Source: Protoeuglena noctilucae
Taxonomy: Eukaryota
Direction of reading: 5' to 3'
DNA: 64,000 bases
Assembly: GCA_958009085.1 (NCBI GenBank)
Contig: OY253675.1
Span: forward strand, 310,001-374,000
Shown: positions 1 to 26,001 of the stretch, piece after piece
Layout of the letters: each line of letters opens with the position of its first letter
Numbering within the stretch: position 1 is the first letter of the stretch
Translations under genes and position numbers: made by a program
Notes under the pieces: model-generated
Seen by the model: only the letters and a program-made list of their open reading frames with translations
Database searches by the model: none
What the model was told of the DNA's origin: nothing

Positions 1-2372
1 CGCTGCCGACGCTGGCCATGGGGTCGCTGATGGTGGAGGTGACTGGTAGGGTCAAAGGGAGGCCACGCCACAGTATATTGCCCCCCTCACTGATCAAACC
101 ACAATCACCCCCCCACCCCCCCCAACCCCTCCTACCGGCCCCCCTCACCCTCACCCCTCAACCCACCCCTCACCTCCTCCCCCAGAAATGGGCCGCCTTG
201 CGCCTGTCCAAGGAAAAGGGCAATAAGCGCGCCCGCCGCCTCACGGAGACCCTCACCGTCACCTGCCAAGCGGTGCTCACCACTTTGACCGTGGCACTGC
301 CCTGCCTGGCCATGGCGTTCGAAAAGGGAGACCCCGCCATCCTCGCCATGCCGGGCTTCTTCCTCATTTCTTCCGCTGTCGTGCTGTGGATGAAGCTGGT
401 CAGCTACGCGCACTGCTGTGCGGACTGCCGGGTGCTCAGGCGGCAGGGGGCGGCGTTGCCGGGGGAGCCGGGGTGCGAGGCGACGCTGGAGGACGTGCCG
501 GCGGGGCAGGGGACGTACCCGGACAACCTGACGGTGCAGAACATGGTGAGGGGTGGTGGGGGTGTGAGGGGGTAGGGGGGTTGGGGAATGGTTGGAGCAG
601 CTTGAATACTACTCAGCTATTACCCATCCCATCACTCTCAACCCCCGCAGCTGTACTTCATGGCCGCCCCCACGCTCACCTATCAGGTTGCGTACCCCCG
701 CACCCCCAAGATCCGGTACAAGTGGTTGGCCAGGCGTGTGGCCGAGGCAGTCGTGACGGCCGCCCTCCTCGTCTTCCTCATCCAACAGGCGAGGAAAGGG
801 TGTGAAGTGGTTGTTATTGTATAACCATTGATGATGATTGGTTATAGTAAGGGTGGATGGATACAAGATATGTATAAGTTGCAACTTAGTACTATGTAGC
901 ATGCGAGTGGGGCTGTCGCGTGGTCATTATAACAGCAATCAATCCTTTTTTGTCTTCCCGCAGTACATCGAGCCGGCCGTGTCCAACTCCCTGGTCCCCT
1001 TCGACCAGATGGACCTTTCGCTGATCGTGGAGCGCATCCTCAAGATATCCCTCCCCATGCTCTACGTCTGGCTCACGGGGTCTTATTTGCTGTTCCACCT
1101 TCTGCTCAACATCTCCGCAGAAGTGCTCAGGTGAGAGAGGGATGGGGGGTGTGTTGGGTTGAATAATAAAGCAATGATTAATTTAATCGAGTCTAGTTAC
1201 TATAATATCAATTATCTAAATTGTAATGATAAAATTGTTGATATAATATAAACAATATGTATTTTATAAACATAAATTTATCAAAAAGACAGTGACCATT
1301 CCCTACCCCCTTGGCAGGTTTGGCGACCGCGAGTTCTACCGTGATTGGTGGAACGCCCACACGCTCGAGGACTACTGGCGTTTGTGGAATATGCCCGTGC
1401 ACCGCTGGATGCTCCGCACCGTCTACTTCCCGTGCATGCGCGCGGGGCTGGGCAAGTCCGGGAGCGTGTTCGCGGTGTTCTTCGTTTCGGCCGTGTTTCA
1501 CGAGCTGGTGGTGGGGGTGCCGCTGCGGCTCTTCCGAGCGTGGGCGTTTTTGGGGATCATGTTCCAGATCCCCCTCATCATGCTCACGCAGTGGATGGAC
1601 GCGCGGCTCAAGGTGGGACGCATGGACTGGATATCGATAGTAATGATAGTAACGATAGTATTGATGGTAATAGTCGTGGTGATTTTCTTATCATGCTCAC
1701 GCAGTGGATGGACGCCAGGCTAGGGGAGGCGGGGTGGGGGCGGTGATGGTTATAGTAATAGTGCTGGAAGGAAGAGTACCTTTTCTGCAGTCTTACATGA
1801 CCTCATAAGCGCTGCTGCACCCCACGCCACCCACCCCACCCTACTTATCGCAGTTCGCACCCCACCTCACCTCACCTCACCTCACCTCACCTCACCTCAC
1901 CTCACCTCACCTCACCTCACCTCACCTCACCTCACCTCACCTCACCTCACCTCACCTCACCTCACCTCACCTCACCTCACCTCACCTCACCTCACCTCAC
2001 CTCACCTCACCTCACCTCACCTCACCTCACCTCACCTCACCTCACCTCACCTCACCCCACCCCACCCCACCCACCTCACTACCCACCCCACCCCACCACC
2101 CCTCCCCTCTCTTTCTTTCCCCCCCACAGAACAAGCGGCTGGGCAACATCGTCTTCTGGGTGTCGTTCTGCATCGTCGGCCAGCCCATCGCTGTGCTTAT
2201 GTATTACCACGATTTCCGAGCCATCTACTACCCCAACACAGCTGCTGCCGCCGCCATCACCGGCCCTATCGCAGGGTCTAATCTGGGTGGTACTGCCGGT
2301 GCCGGGCATATCGCGCCCGCTATGCATGCGCCGGGTGCGAGCGGCGGGGCGGGGGCGGTGGGGGTGCATTGA
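1..2372 (+). CDS. DGAT1: Diacylglycerol O-acyltransferase 1 (MBOAT family), 5'-partial, spliced
   Basis: Exons encode MKLVSYAH, YFMAAPTLTYQ, IQQ|YIEP, FGDREFYRDWWNA..YWRLWNMPVHRW, SAVFHE and GNIVFWVSFCIVGQPIAVLMYYHD, all hallmark DGAT1 motifs. Stop TGA at 2370-2372. Confidence 0.95.
1866..2055 (+). repeat. (CTCAC)n microsatellite, about 38 copies, in the last DGAT1 intron
   Basis: Perfect pentamer array, directly visible, about 75 nt upstream of the acceptor at about 2129. Confidence 0.97.
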
Positions 2373-2902
2373 GGGAGGTGCGAGGCGGATGAGAGGTGGG
2401 GGTGTGGGGCTAAGTGTGTGTGAGGGTGGTGGGGTGCGGGGGGGTGGTGGGGGTGGAGGAGTGCAGGGGGTGGTGAGGCGTGTGAGGGTGGGGTGGGGTG
2501 GGGGTGGGTATTGGGAGGGATGGGAGTGTGAGGGGGTGCGAGAGGACCTCAGTTGCGCTGTGCAGTTCAGCTGCTTGCCCCGGTTGCTGTAGAGCCATGG
2601 CGCTGGACTCATTGCATTGCGCACCCATGGCCCTGGTCGGGTTCCATCCCAGTCACGCCGATCATTGGCCCTTGTCACTGGTACCGTCTCGCTGTCGCTG
2701 TATATCACTATGTACCACTGTTGCTGTGTATGTTGTGATAATCAAGCATCTGTGGGATGGGCAACGGCGAGGGTATGCCTGGCCCATCTTTAAAAATGAT
2801 GCCCAAGCTTTTTTGAAATTTAAAAAGTGGCTTGGACGCGACCATCGCCTATCTCTAAGAAGTCGTCATTCGCCCGACGGCGTGCTGTTTCATATGCTCT
2901 TG

Positions 2903-5836
2903 TCACACACGCACGCCCCCCATTTGGTCTGCGAGCCCGTCCGCCTCCTCCTCCTCCTCCTCGTCCGCTGCGACAAATGCGATGTATAATTAATAATGCA
3001 ATAATAATAGATATTAAAAAAAGAAAGAACAAATCACCCCCATTACTGCAATCTTGTGGCAAAACATCACTGGAACATACAAACAAGTAGAAATAGTATT
3101 CCACATCTACCTCACCCATGTCCGGGTCGTTGTCCTCCATGGGCCCCAGCGCCCCCTCCCCCGCCGCACCCCCGGCGAACAGCGCACGGACCTCCTCCAC
3201 CGTATCCTGCGGGGGTTACGAGGGTAATAAGATGAATAATCACATAAAATTATTATGGTATTGTAAAACCGGTTTCTACTAATTTCTATAACAATAAAAA
3301 CCTTAAAAATATTACAACAATTATTATTATTATTATTATTGTTATCATCATTGAAAGCAAGTACCCCTCACCTCCGGAATCCAGTTCCCGTCGAGCGCGA
3401 GCATCTCGAGGCCCTTCCTCCCGCAGCACGCTTTGGCAGCCGCGATGGCCCCTGGGCCCTTGATCTGGTTCTCGCTCAAATCCAAAACGCGGAGAGCCGT
3501 GTTGGCCGACAGAGCGCGACACACCGTCACCACGCCGCGGTCGCCCAGCTCGTTCTCCCTGCGGGGTGGGTGTTGGTAATATGTTGATGTTAGTATCGCT
3601 ATCGCTAGTAATATCAATACTAGTATTATTGCTATCGTTCTATTACTACTATTACTATTGCATTAGGAAACGCTACTAAAACAACCAATCAATGATGGGT
3701 AATCCATATTCAGTAACAACTTATCACCTGAGGTTGAGCTTGGTGATGCCCGGCTTCCCCATGATGCACCTCGCCACGGCCACCGCCCCTTCAGCTGTCA
3801 GCTCATTGAGCGACAGGTCCAGCTCCTCCAAATAGGGGGCGGTGTGGGAGAGGGCCGTGCAGATTAACGACACGCCCTCGTTCTCAAGCAAGGTGTCGCC
3901 GAGGCTGGGGGGGGAAATGGGAGAGGGGTGAGGGTGAGGGGTGGTGAGGGTGAGGGGTGTGGTGGTGATGAGGAGAATTTTCGGTTCCCTTCCCTCAGCT
4001 CCTCCGGCCCTCACCGCAGCACCCTCTGGTTCTGTTGCTGCGTCAGTGCTGCTGCCAGGTCGCCAGCCACCCCAGGGCCCATGGGGTTGCCCCCCAGGTC
4101 AATGGAGATGAGGTGGGTGCTTGCAGACAGACCGTGGGCCAGGGCTGCGGGGAGAGGGTGGGTGGGGGTGGTGTTGGGGGTGGCAATGCAGGCAGTGATA
4201 TGGGTGGCAGCAGCAGTGCAGGGCACGGAGCCAGTGAGGGTGTGGCTACGCAGCATGGCACTCACCGCACCCTCACACGCACAACCTCACTACAACCCCA
4301 CCACCCCTACACATCCCATCACCCCTCACCCGACCCCCCCGGCCCCTTGACCCTGCAGTACCACATCTTGAAGTCCTGCATGTTGGGCGCCTTCGCCAGC
4401 AGCTGCCCGATGCTTTTAGCCCCCTCATCGTCTGACATATTGTTCGCCAGATGGAGCTTCTTGAGGCCCTCGGGGTTGGGGAGGAGGTCCGCGAGGGCGC
4501 GGCAGGCGTGGACGGAGAGGCCGACGTTCTGGGGGGGTAGTGGGGGTGGGTGATGGAGGACAAGATGAGGGTGGGCGTTGTTACAACGGTGACTGAGAGA
4601 TGTGGGTGGGGCGACGTAAGTGTTGGTGCTTAAAAGACGAGGGTGGGTTGGTGTGAATACCTGCACGTTTCTCACAACCCTCATCTCCTCACCTGCAGCG
4701 TGAGCGACTCGAGCGTGGTCATGTGCTGCAGGGCCGCCTTGCAGGCCACGATGCCCTTCTCCCCCAGGGCATTGTCCGACAGGTCCAGCGCCCGCAACTT
4801 GCATTCTGACAGGCCCTCGGCCATGATTCGCAGAGATTCCTTGGCCTCGTCCTCGGGGCGACCGGCGATCACGTCCGACAGGTCCGCGTCGGTCAGGCTG
4901 CGGGTGGGGGTGGGGTGGTGAGTGGGATGAGTGGGGATGGTGAGGTGGAGAGATTGATACACGGGTGCGGTGGTCAGCTGGGTCTAATGCTGCATGGATG
5001 GTGGCCAAGCAACTGCGCTGCGCTTTCCCACTGCACCCTTCTTGCCTGTCCTTGGCGTTGCTGATGGCGCGCCGCGCGACCTCCGCGGCGGCCCTCCCGA
5101 AGCTCTTGGTGGAGAATTTGACCCGGGTGATGCGCGAGTCCGCCGCGAGGAGCGGCGCGAGGGCCGCCTTGGCCGCAGCTTCGTCGTAAAACTCCCGCTC
5201 GCCGCCCAGGACCAGGCTCGCGCCCTCCATCGACACCGCGATGCCATCCTCCCCGTTTCCGCTGGCCACGGACGTCCGGTCGCGCAGGGACTCGATCAGG
5301 AGCGACGAAAGTTTCCTGCGACGTGGCGAATCCGTGCCCCGCTCGGCGCAGGGAGGGGGAGAAGCGAGCGCGGATAAAGTGATATATTCGCATTATCGAC
5401 TAAAAACAAGCAGTAACCGGCGTCGGCGGATCGCGACGGCGACGGCTCCGCGGGAGCGCTTCGAAGACGAGCGTTGCCCTGCACGGCCCCGACCCCGCGA
5501 TCTCGCCTGGCGTACGCTGCCGTGGTCTCATGCTTGGGCCTGGTCCCCGTCGTCGTGTTCGACGCGACCTCCGCTGCGGTGTAGGCCTTGCGCTCGATCC
5601 CCACCGCCAGCGCCTTGGCGATGTCGTCCGCGACCCGCTCGTTGCGCGAGAATGCCTGCGTTTCAAGGAGCGCGATAGGTCGATGCGCGAGCGAAGAAGC
5701 GCTGCCGGCGCGCAGCGTCGCCGGGGGAGGTCGCGGGGCCACGGGGCCGGCCGCAACGCACCAGCGTCGAGATGGACGCCGTCAGGCGCTCCACGACGTC
5801 CAGGCGCTCGGCATCCGTCAGCGACCAGGCCGCCAT
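2903..5836 (-). CDS. RanGAP: Ran GTPase-activating protein (WPP-like N-terminus, LRRs, acidic tail), spliced
   Basis: Starts MAAWSLTDAERLDVVERL. Contains KFSTKSFGRAAAEVA, DADLSDVIAGRPEDEA, LDLSDNALGEKGI, LHLANNMSDDEGA, LDLSLNELTAEG and LDLSENQIKGPG. Ends ADEEEEEEADGLADQMGGVRV*. Confidence 0.9.
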
Positions 5837-6297
5837 GCTCCTGCGATACGGGGAAAGCGCGTGAAACTCGGCTGCCGATCGGCGCAGGCAGTCCGCCGCC
5901 GCTGCCGCCGTTTCGCATGGGCAGGCGGGCCAGCGTCCTCCGCAAGCGCATCCATCGCATCCAGCATTCGGAGAGTCATTTGCGGGTGATGACTGGATAA
6001 AATGTCCGCGGATTCGCCCACCTTCAAAGGCGAGGGGCTCTTCGAGGATGAAGATGAGTGGCAGCGCGCCACGTCGATGCGGGTAGACGCGGATGCGATG
6101 GTCTGGCAGCCAAGCAACGCGAGCCCGTCGATTTGCAAGGCCCGGCCCTCGGATCGGCGAATGGTGGAAGCGAAACAAGCTGGCGTTTGTCGCGCCAGTC
6201 GGCTCTGGTGGCTTGACAGCAGCGATGGGGACGCGAGGCCGGCAGACCGCGCGGCGAGACACGGGGCGCCCGGCCCCGTGACGCGCACGTTGCGGCC

Positions 6298-7556
6298 ATG
6301 GCTGCGCAGCGCACAACGGGCGGCCTCTTGCGGCTGGCGTCGTCGCTCCGCGCGCCGTCCCTCGAGTCTCTTTCTTTCGCCTGTTCCCGTTCCTTCTCGG
6401 ACCCCTCCGAGCGCTCACTCTCTAGCCTGGGCTCGGGGAGCTCGTCGCCGGGTGGCCCGGCAGACAGTCTCTCCGCCTCGCCCGGGAGCGCGTTCCCGCG
6501 GCCCGGGGAGCTGCCCGGACTTGCAGATGATACACGGAATCCCGGGAGATACGGCGGGAAGATGCCCCTGGGTCCCCAGGACCTGCTGCGGCGGCTTTAC
6601 CAGGGAGACCCCGCCGTTCTGCGGCTAGGCCGGGGCGATGGCAACATCCTCGTCAATCTCCTCATGCACATGAAACCTTCGGATGTAGGGGAGGTCACGG
6701 GAAGCGCCGGACGGCTCCCTGAGCTGCGCCCGAACGAGGAGTGGGTCACGACGACGGACCGGGACGGTGCGGCTTTGCCCCTCGCCGATCTTACGCCCGC
6801 GCGCCTGTGCGCCCGCGCTATCGGTGATTCTCAACTCGCTCTCTGCGCGCAGGCAATGAGGTCGTGTCCAAGCAGGTCCACCGAATGGTCGATGAGCTGG
6901 GGAGGGCCCACGGTGCAGGGACCCGAAAGACGGCCACGGCGTCGGCGTGGGTGCGGCTCAACTCCAAGGCGAGGATGGCAATGCACGGCCACGGTTCACA
7001 CGTGCGTCTGGCTAGCCTGCATCACCTACCCTCGACCCTTGCCATCTGTCCTCCCACCGCAGTGGAACCAGGAGGACCAGCGGGGGTGCCCGACCGTGAC
7101 GGTGAATGGGGTGCCTTTCGACGAGTACTTCAAGGACATTGCGCAGCGCAAGGAGTTCCTCTTTCCGCTTTTCGTCACGGACACATCTCTGATGTGGGAC
7201 ATCGAGGCGAGTGCAGCTGCATCGAACGCATAACAGATCGACATCCGCAGCTAAGGTGCCCGCTTGCACTTCTCCTCCGCATACTGCAGCAGATATGATC
7301 AATCTGCACCATTCTGCATAGTTAGCCGATCGGTTGAGCCCCGCGTCGTGCGCAGGTCCAAGTGGAGGGCGGGGGCTTCATGGGGCAGGCGGGCGCGGCC
7401 AAGCTGGCGCTCGCGCGCGCGATGCAGAAGTTCGATCCGTCGCTTCGACCGCTGCTGCGCATGGGCGGGTGTCTGACGGTCGACCCGCGCCGGAAGGAGC
7501 GGAAGAAGCCGGGCAAGACGAGGGCACGCAAGTCGCCCCAATGGTCCAAGCGCTAG
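6298..7556 (+). CDS. RPS9: Organellar (probably mitochondrial) ribosomal protein uS9, spliced
   Basis: Presequence-like N-terminus, then [19 protein letters not shown] and [48 protein letters not shown]. Confidence 0.92.
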
Positions 7557-7684
7557 CCTAGCGAAGCACGCGCCTTCGAAGCCTAGACAAATGAGAATTT
7601 CTCGCGCATCGAAGAAACCGGCGCTGCGGCTCATAGGCACCGGCGATAAATGGGAAACCGTGCAAAGGCTAGCATGGAAAAGGG

Positions 7685-9048
7685 TCACTGTGGCTGTGGC
7701 GGCTGCTGCGGTGATGACCGTTGTTGGACTTGCATCGGGAGGGTCTGCGCCACAGCTTGAGGGGCTTGGCCCTCGCTTGCTGCAGCCTGTTGCTGCTGCT
7801 GGAGCTGCTGTTGGTACTGCGCCAGCTGCGTGAGAGGGCCAGCAGCATCGGTGAGCAGCAGCAGTTTCAGCAAGAAGGACATGCACATCCAAAACACGGA
7901 CGTCGTCACGAGATGACATGATATAAGCACAGAGCATCGCCAGGCCACGTACACAGCAGCGCTGCCAACCAATCGCCTCAGCACACGTGCCACGCGCAGC
8001 GCTGCTGAGGCTCACTCGCACCTGGGCCGGCATCATGACTTGCGGGGCGCCGGCGCCAGGCATCATCGGGTAGTAGAACTGCTGGGGCGTGCTCGTGGGG
8101 CCTGTGGTGGGGAGGTACATGAAAGGAGCCCCCGGCTGCGTTCCGGGCATCTGCGGCCGATATGCCGTGTATGCCATCTGCGAGCAGCTTGCACGGATGC
8201 AGATAAGGGTCCGCACTCTAACAATGCTATCACAAAGCCCTTTGGTGAAGGAGCGCGGCCGCTGCAGGGCAGTCACCTGGCCCACCCCCGGCGCTGACAC
8301 CCCCGCCTGGCCCGCGCGAGCGGCGTGCGCGGCTGCCATCGCTGCCGCGTTTTTCTTCTGTTCGTGTGCCTTCTGTGCCTGATCGCACTGGGCGATGGTC
8401 TCGTCCCACACGAGCATTTCGCGGTGCCACGTGTTGCGCGCGCTCTCCATCTGTTCCCGCTCCATGCGGAGGCCATCCTGAGAGCAGGGCGCGTTAACAT
8501 ATGCTTTTGCATCATCGCCCTCCACTCGTTCGGCGCACCCGGCGGCGCCGCGCGCGCTCACCTCCGGCAGGGTGTGATTCGCACGCAATACCCGCGATTG
8601 CTCCTCCACCGCCGCGAACTTCCTCGCCAGTGCCGCGGATCGGTACACATAATCCTTGGCTTTCTCCTGCAAAAGCGTCTGCACAATCTGCCGGGACGAG
8701 CACAGCAGGGGGCCCGGCTCCGTTTGCCAGTCCAAGCCCAAGCTCTCCCTCAGGTCTGCGGACTCGTCGTCGTCATCCGCAAACATGTGATAGGGCAGCA
8801 ACCGATCCACCGCGTCCTCAATGCTGGCATACGGCGTCTCGCAGTCTGCAGACGCCGGTAGACGTCGGTTTGCGGACGGAGCTGCCGCGGCTGTTGAGCC
8901 AGGGGCGTCGGGCGCGCGCCCAGCCCTCACCTGGCTGAACGAGGGCCGGATGAAGCTGGAGGCTAAGCGCAACGTCCTGCACGATGGCCTCATTGTCCAC
9001 GCGAGCCTGCGTGGGCAGGTCGGGGAGCCCCGAGACCTGCTGCGCCAT
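7685..9048 (-). CDS. GLTSCR1/BICRA-domain protein (candidate SWI/SNF-associated subunit) with a Q/P-rich tail
   Basis: The spliced peptide P|DCETPYASIEDAVDRLLPYHMF matches the GLTSCR1 motif PD..TPF.S.EDA..RLLPYH. A coiled-coil-like region follows, then a Q-rich last exon ending at TGA 7685-7687. Confidence 0.75.
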
Positions 9049-9319
9049 CCCCTCCGCGGGATGCTCTCAGCAGTCGCAAGGTCGATAGTGTCTCGTACCC
9101 GCCGACAGACGCCGCCCGGTGGGATGGCCTACACTCGACGGGCAGGCCACGGAAGAGGCGAGAGCGCGTCAGTTCCGCTGCAAGTTGCGGTCAGGCGCCC
9201 CGGTATTATGATATTTGGACAGGGTTGCTTGCGGGGATGTTTCGACAAGCGGTTGTTGAGTCCCTGTGTGATCCTGCTGTGCCCAGCTTACTCGAAGTGA
9301 AGCTGCAGCGTGTAAAGCC

Positions 9320-10649
9320 ATGCCGCACCATGCCCTGATCATCGGGAGGGCTGGCGCTGCCGGGGTCATGGTTGAGGGATGCCATAGGAGAACGAGGTTG
9401 CGGTCCTCATGGCGCCCGGCCGCGCCAGACTGCCGCGGGCCTCGTGTGGCTGGGGGCGACTCCGGAGCCCGCAGCGTCCGCATCGGTCCACGGACGCGCG
9501 CGATGCTGGGCGACGAGGCCTTGTTCTCAGCTGGAGCGTCGGCAGCCGATGCGCTCGAGTCCAGCCTGGCTCACGTGGGCCCGCTGACGTACGCCATTTG
9601 CCTCGGCGCGGGCCTCGTGACCAGCGTCTCGCCCTGCACCCTCTCGGTGCTCCCTCTCACCATCGGATTTATCGGAGGCTACGGGAACGACAGCGCTGGC
9701 GCATCGTCTGAGCAGGTGCGCGGCGCGGCGCGGCGAGATGCATGTTGCCCCGCCGCACGACGCCCTCCCAAGTGCCAACCCCGCATCGACGGCCGCAGGG
9801 CTCTGCAAAATCCGGGTCTCCTCTCGCTCTACGCGGCGTGTCCTTCGCGTTCGGCCTGGCCACGACGCTGGCGCTGCTAGGGGTGGTGTCGTCCTCCCTG
9901 GGGCTGGCCTACGGGCAGACAGGCGTGGGGTGAGAGCCCAGGAGTGCCTCGCAACGAACGCGGCAGCTGCATGTAACGCGGGCGGTGGGCGCATTTCGAA
10001 CTGAATTGCATGCGCCGGCCGCCGCAGGGACACCCTGCCCCTGGCTGCGTCGGCGGTGGCCATCGTCATGGGCTGCAACTTGCTCGGCGTCATATCCCTG
10101 CGCCTGCCGTCCATCGACATCGATGTGCGGTCGCTTCCGCTTCCCCCGCTGGCCATCGCGTACCTCGCGGGGGCCACGTTCGCGCTCGTGGCGTCGCCCT
10201 GCAGCACGCCCGTTCTCGCCTCCATCCTGGTGCGCGCCCCGCCGCGCCCAGCTGCTGCCAGCGATAGTACTCATGTTATTGATATGTAATCCATCAGCTT
10301 CGCTCGCTCACAGGCCTACGCCGCGACGGTGGAGGACCAATTTACGGGGGCGTCCCTGCTTTTCGTCTATTCCCTGGGTTACGTGACCCCTCTGCTCGTC
10401 GGTGAGCTGACATGCGCAATTGAGATGCAAAGTTTTGCTTCCATCGTGGGCTTGCATCGGACAGATGGCGTCAAGACTTGCTGTCGCAAACACGGCGTTT
10501 TGTGTTGGCCCTCCCGCGCAGCGGCAACGGCGACTGAGTCCCTCACCGCCGTCATGAGTCTCCGGAAGCAGTCCAGGTGGCTCACCCCGATGTCGGGAGC
10601 CCTCCTCGTCTCCGGGGGCACTTACGGCCTCCTGACGCGCCTGCTCTAG
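9320..10649 (+). CDS. ccdA: Plastid cytochrome c biogenesis protein CcdA (DsbD-like thiol transporter), spliced
   Basis: GAGLVTSVSPCTLSVLPLTIGFIGGY, AYLAGATFALVASPCSTPVLASIL, GASLLFVYSLGYVTPLL and WLTPMSGALLVSGGTY. The start codon is uncertain. Confidence 0.92.
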
Positions 10650-10945
10650 ACTGGCACGTCCTCGCGCGAACCCTTTTCCTACCTTTCCTTCGTCAGTGGC
10701 CGAGATATCGTGCGGCCACTGCTCTACACCTCGCATCTCAGTCGCGCGAGAGCGGAGACACGGCGAGCTGCGTCTGCTCTGTGCTTCGGCCAGGCAGGAC
10801 GCGTCGCTGCCTCACCCGTTTGACAGAACCGTTCCGTTGAAAGTCAAGAAAGCATCGCTTTGCAATAGATCTTGAGGCGGGGCCCAGCGGGGGGAGGAGG
10901 GAGCGACGGTTGCGCCCGGGCGGCGCGGGAACCCGTTTTGGAGCC

Positions 10946-16394
<5,449 letters not shown>

Positions 16395-16591
16395 GTGAGG
16401 GAGGGGCGGATTTGTTGGTATATCGTTATTGATACATTTATTGATACTGTTATTGATACTATTATTGATAATGCAAGAAATGATGGATGTAGTTGGTGGG
16501 AGTCAGATAGGGTAGGTATGCGATGGGCGGTGTGGGGATTGGTTTGCGCACTGCCACCCGGACTGCCGCCCTCACTGCCGCCCTTAACACC

Positions 16592-16791
16592 NNNNNNNNN
16601 NNNNNNNNNNNNNNNNNNNNNNNNNNNNNNNNNNNNNNNNNNNNNNNNNNNNNNNNNNNNNNNNNNNNNNNNNNNNNNNNNNNNNNNNNNNNNNNNNNNN
16701 NNNNNNNNNNNNNNNNNNNNNNNNNNNNNNNNNNNNNNNNNNNNNNNNNNNNNNNNNNNNNNNNNNNNNNNNNNNNNNNNNNNNNNNNNNN
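16592..16791. other. Assembly gap (200 N)
   Basis: Run of Ns. Confidence 1.
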
Positions 16792-25094
<8,303 letters not shown>

Positions 25095-26001
25095 AGAGAA
25101 AGCGATGGGCAGCACCGCTGGTCCCCGTCCGCGGCCTGGCTCACGCCGCGGGGGAAGTGCCCGCGTCGCAAACCGTAGGTCCAGTCGGCACCGCGGGGAT
25201 CGCAGGAATGGCGGGCTGGTTCCCGATGCCAAGCTAGGTACACGCACGCGGTGGGGCCGGCCCCGGAATCGCGCTATCGCCCGGCCTTCGCGCGCAGGGA
25301 CGGGGCCACGCCCCAACGATCCGGCAGGGATGGAAACGCCTCCGCGCCGCGACCGAAACGGCGGCGCCTCCCACCGGCAATCAGGGCTAGTGCCGAGCAT
25401 GCTCGACCATGCGCGAGGACCGTCCATCGCTTGCTCGCACTGCCACCATGCGTGCCGGACGCGCAGGCTCCTGTCCCCCCTCACCCTCATCCCGGTAGGA
25501 TCCCAGCCCTCCGCCAGACATTCCCTGGGCCATCTCCGACGAGAGGTCTCCCATGGCCCCTGCCCCTCATCCACGCGCTCCTCCGAGCCAAGTGCCTCCT
25601 CCCACGATCGCCGTCCAGCGAGACGATCGCCGAGAGACAGAGTGGCTGTCTAATTACTACGCAGGCGCACCGGTGAGGGCCCCAGACGAGTGTTCCGGGG
25701 TTCACGGTGCGCAGAGACGGAAACAGTCGCCCGCGACCAGCGCCGGCGTTTCTGTGGGATCACATGATGCTGTGGGCCTGTCGAGGGCCGCGGCGTCGAC
25801 GGAACCCGTTCTAGCGTTTCAGGGTAATCTGGTCCGGTGTCACCGCGCGTCGCGAACGGCAGCGCGCCCTCTACCATGGCTCACAGTCATTCGCTTGTCC
25901 GGAGGCTGGACTCTGGTGACGCATTGGTTGTCTGCTTCGCCCTCAGCGTGCGCACGTGCCCCGGCGATGCCAGCTGGCAGGATCCTGCCCCTGGAGCGCC
26001 C

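Noticed and set aside
1866..2055. Repeat arrays as CRISPR
   Set aside because: There are no spacers and no cas genes; these are simple microsatellites in a eukaryote.
6002..6297. ORF MSADSPTFKGEGLFEDEDEW between RanGAP and uS9
   Set aside because: It lies in a divergent promoter region, runs out of frame into uS9 and has no recognisable homology.
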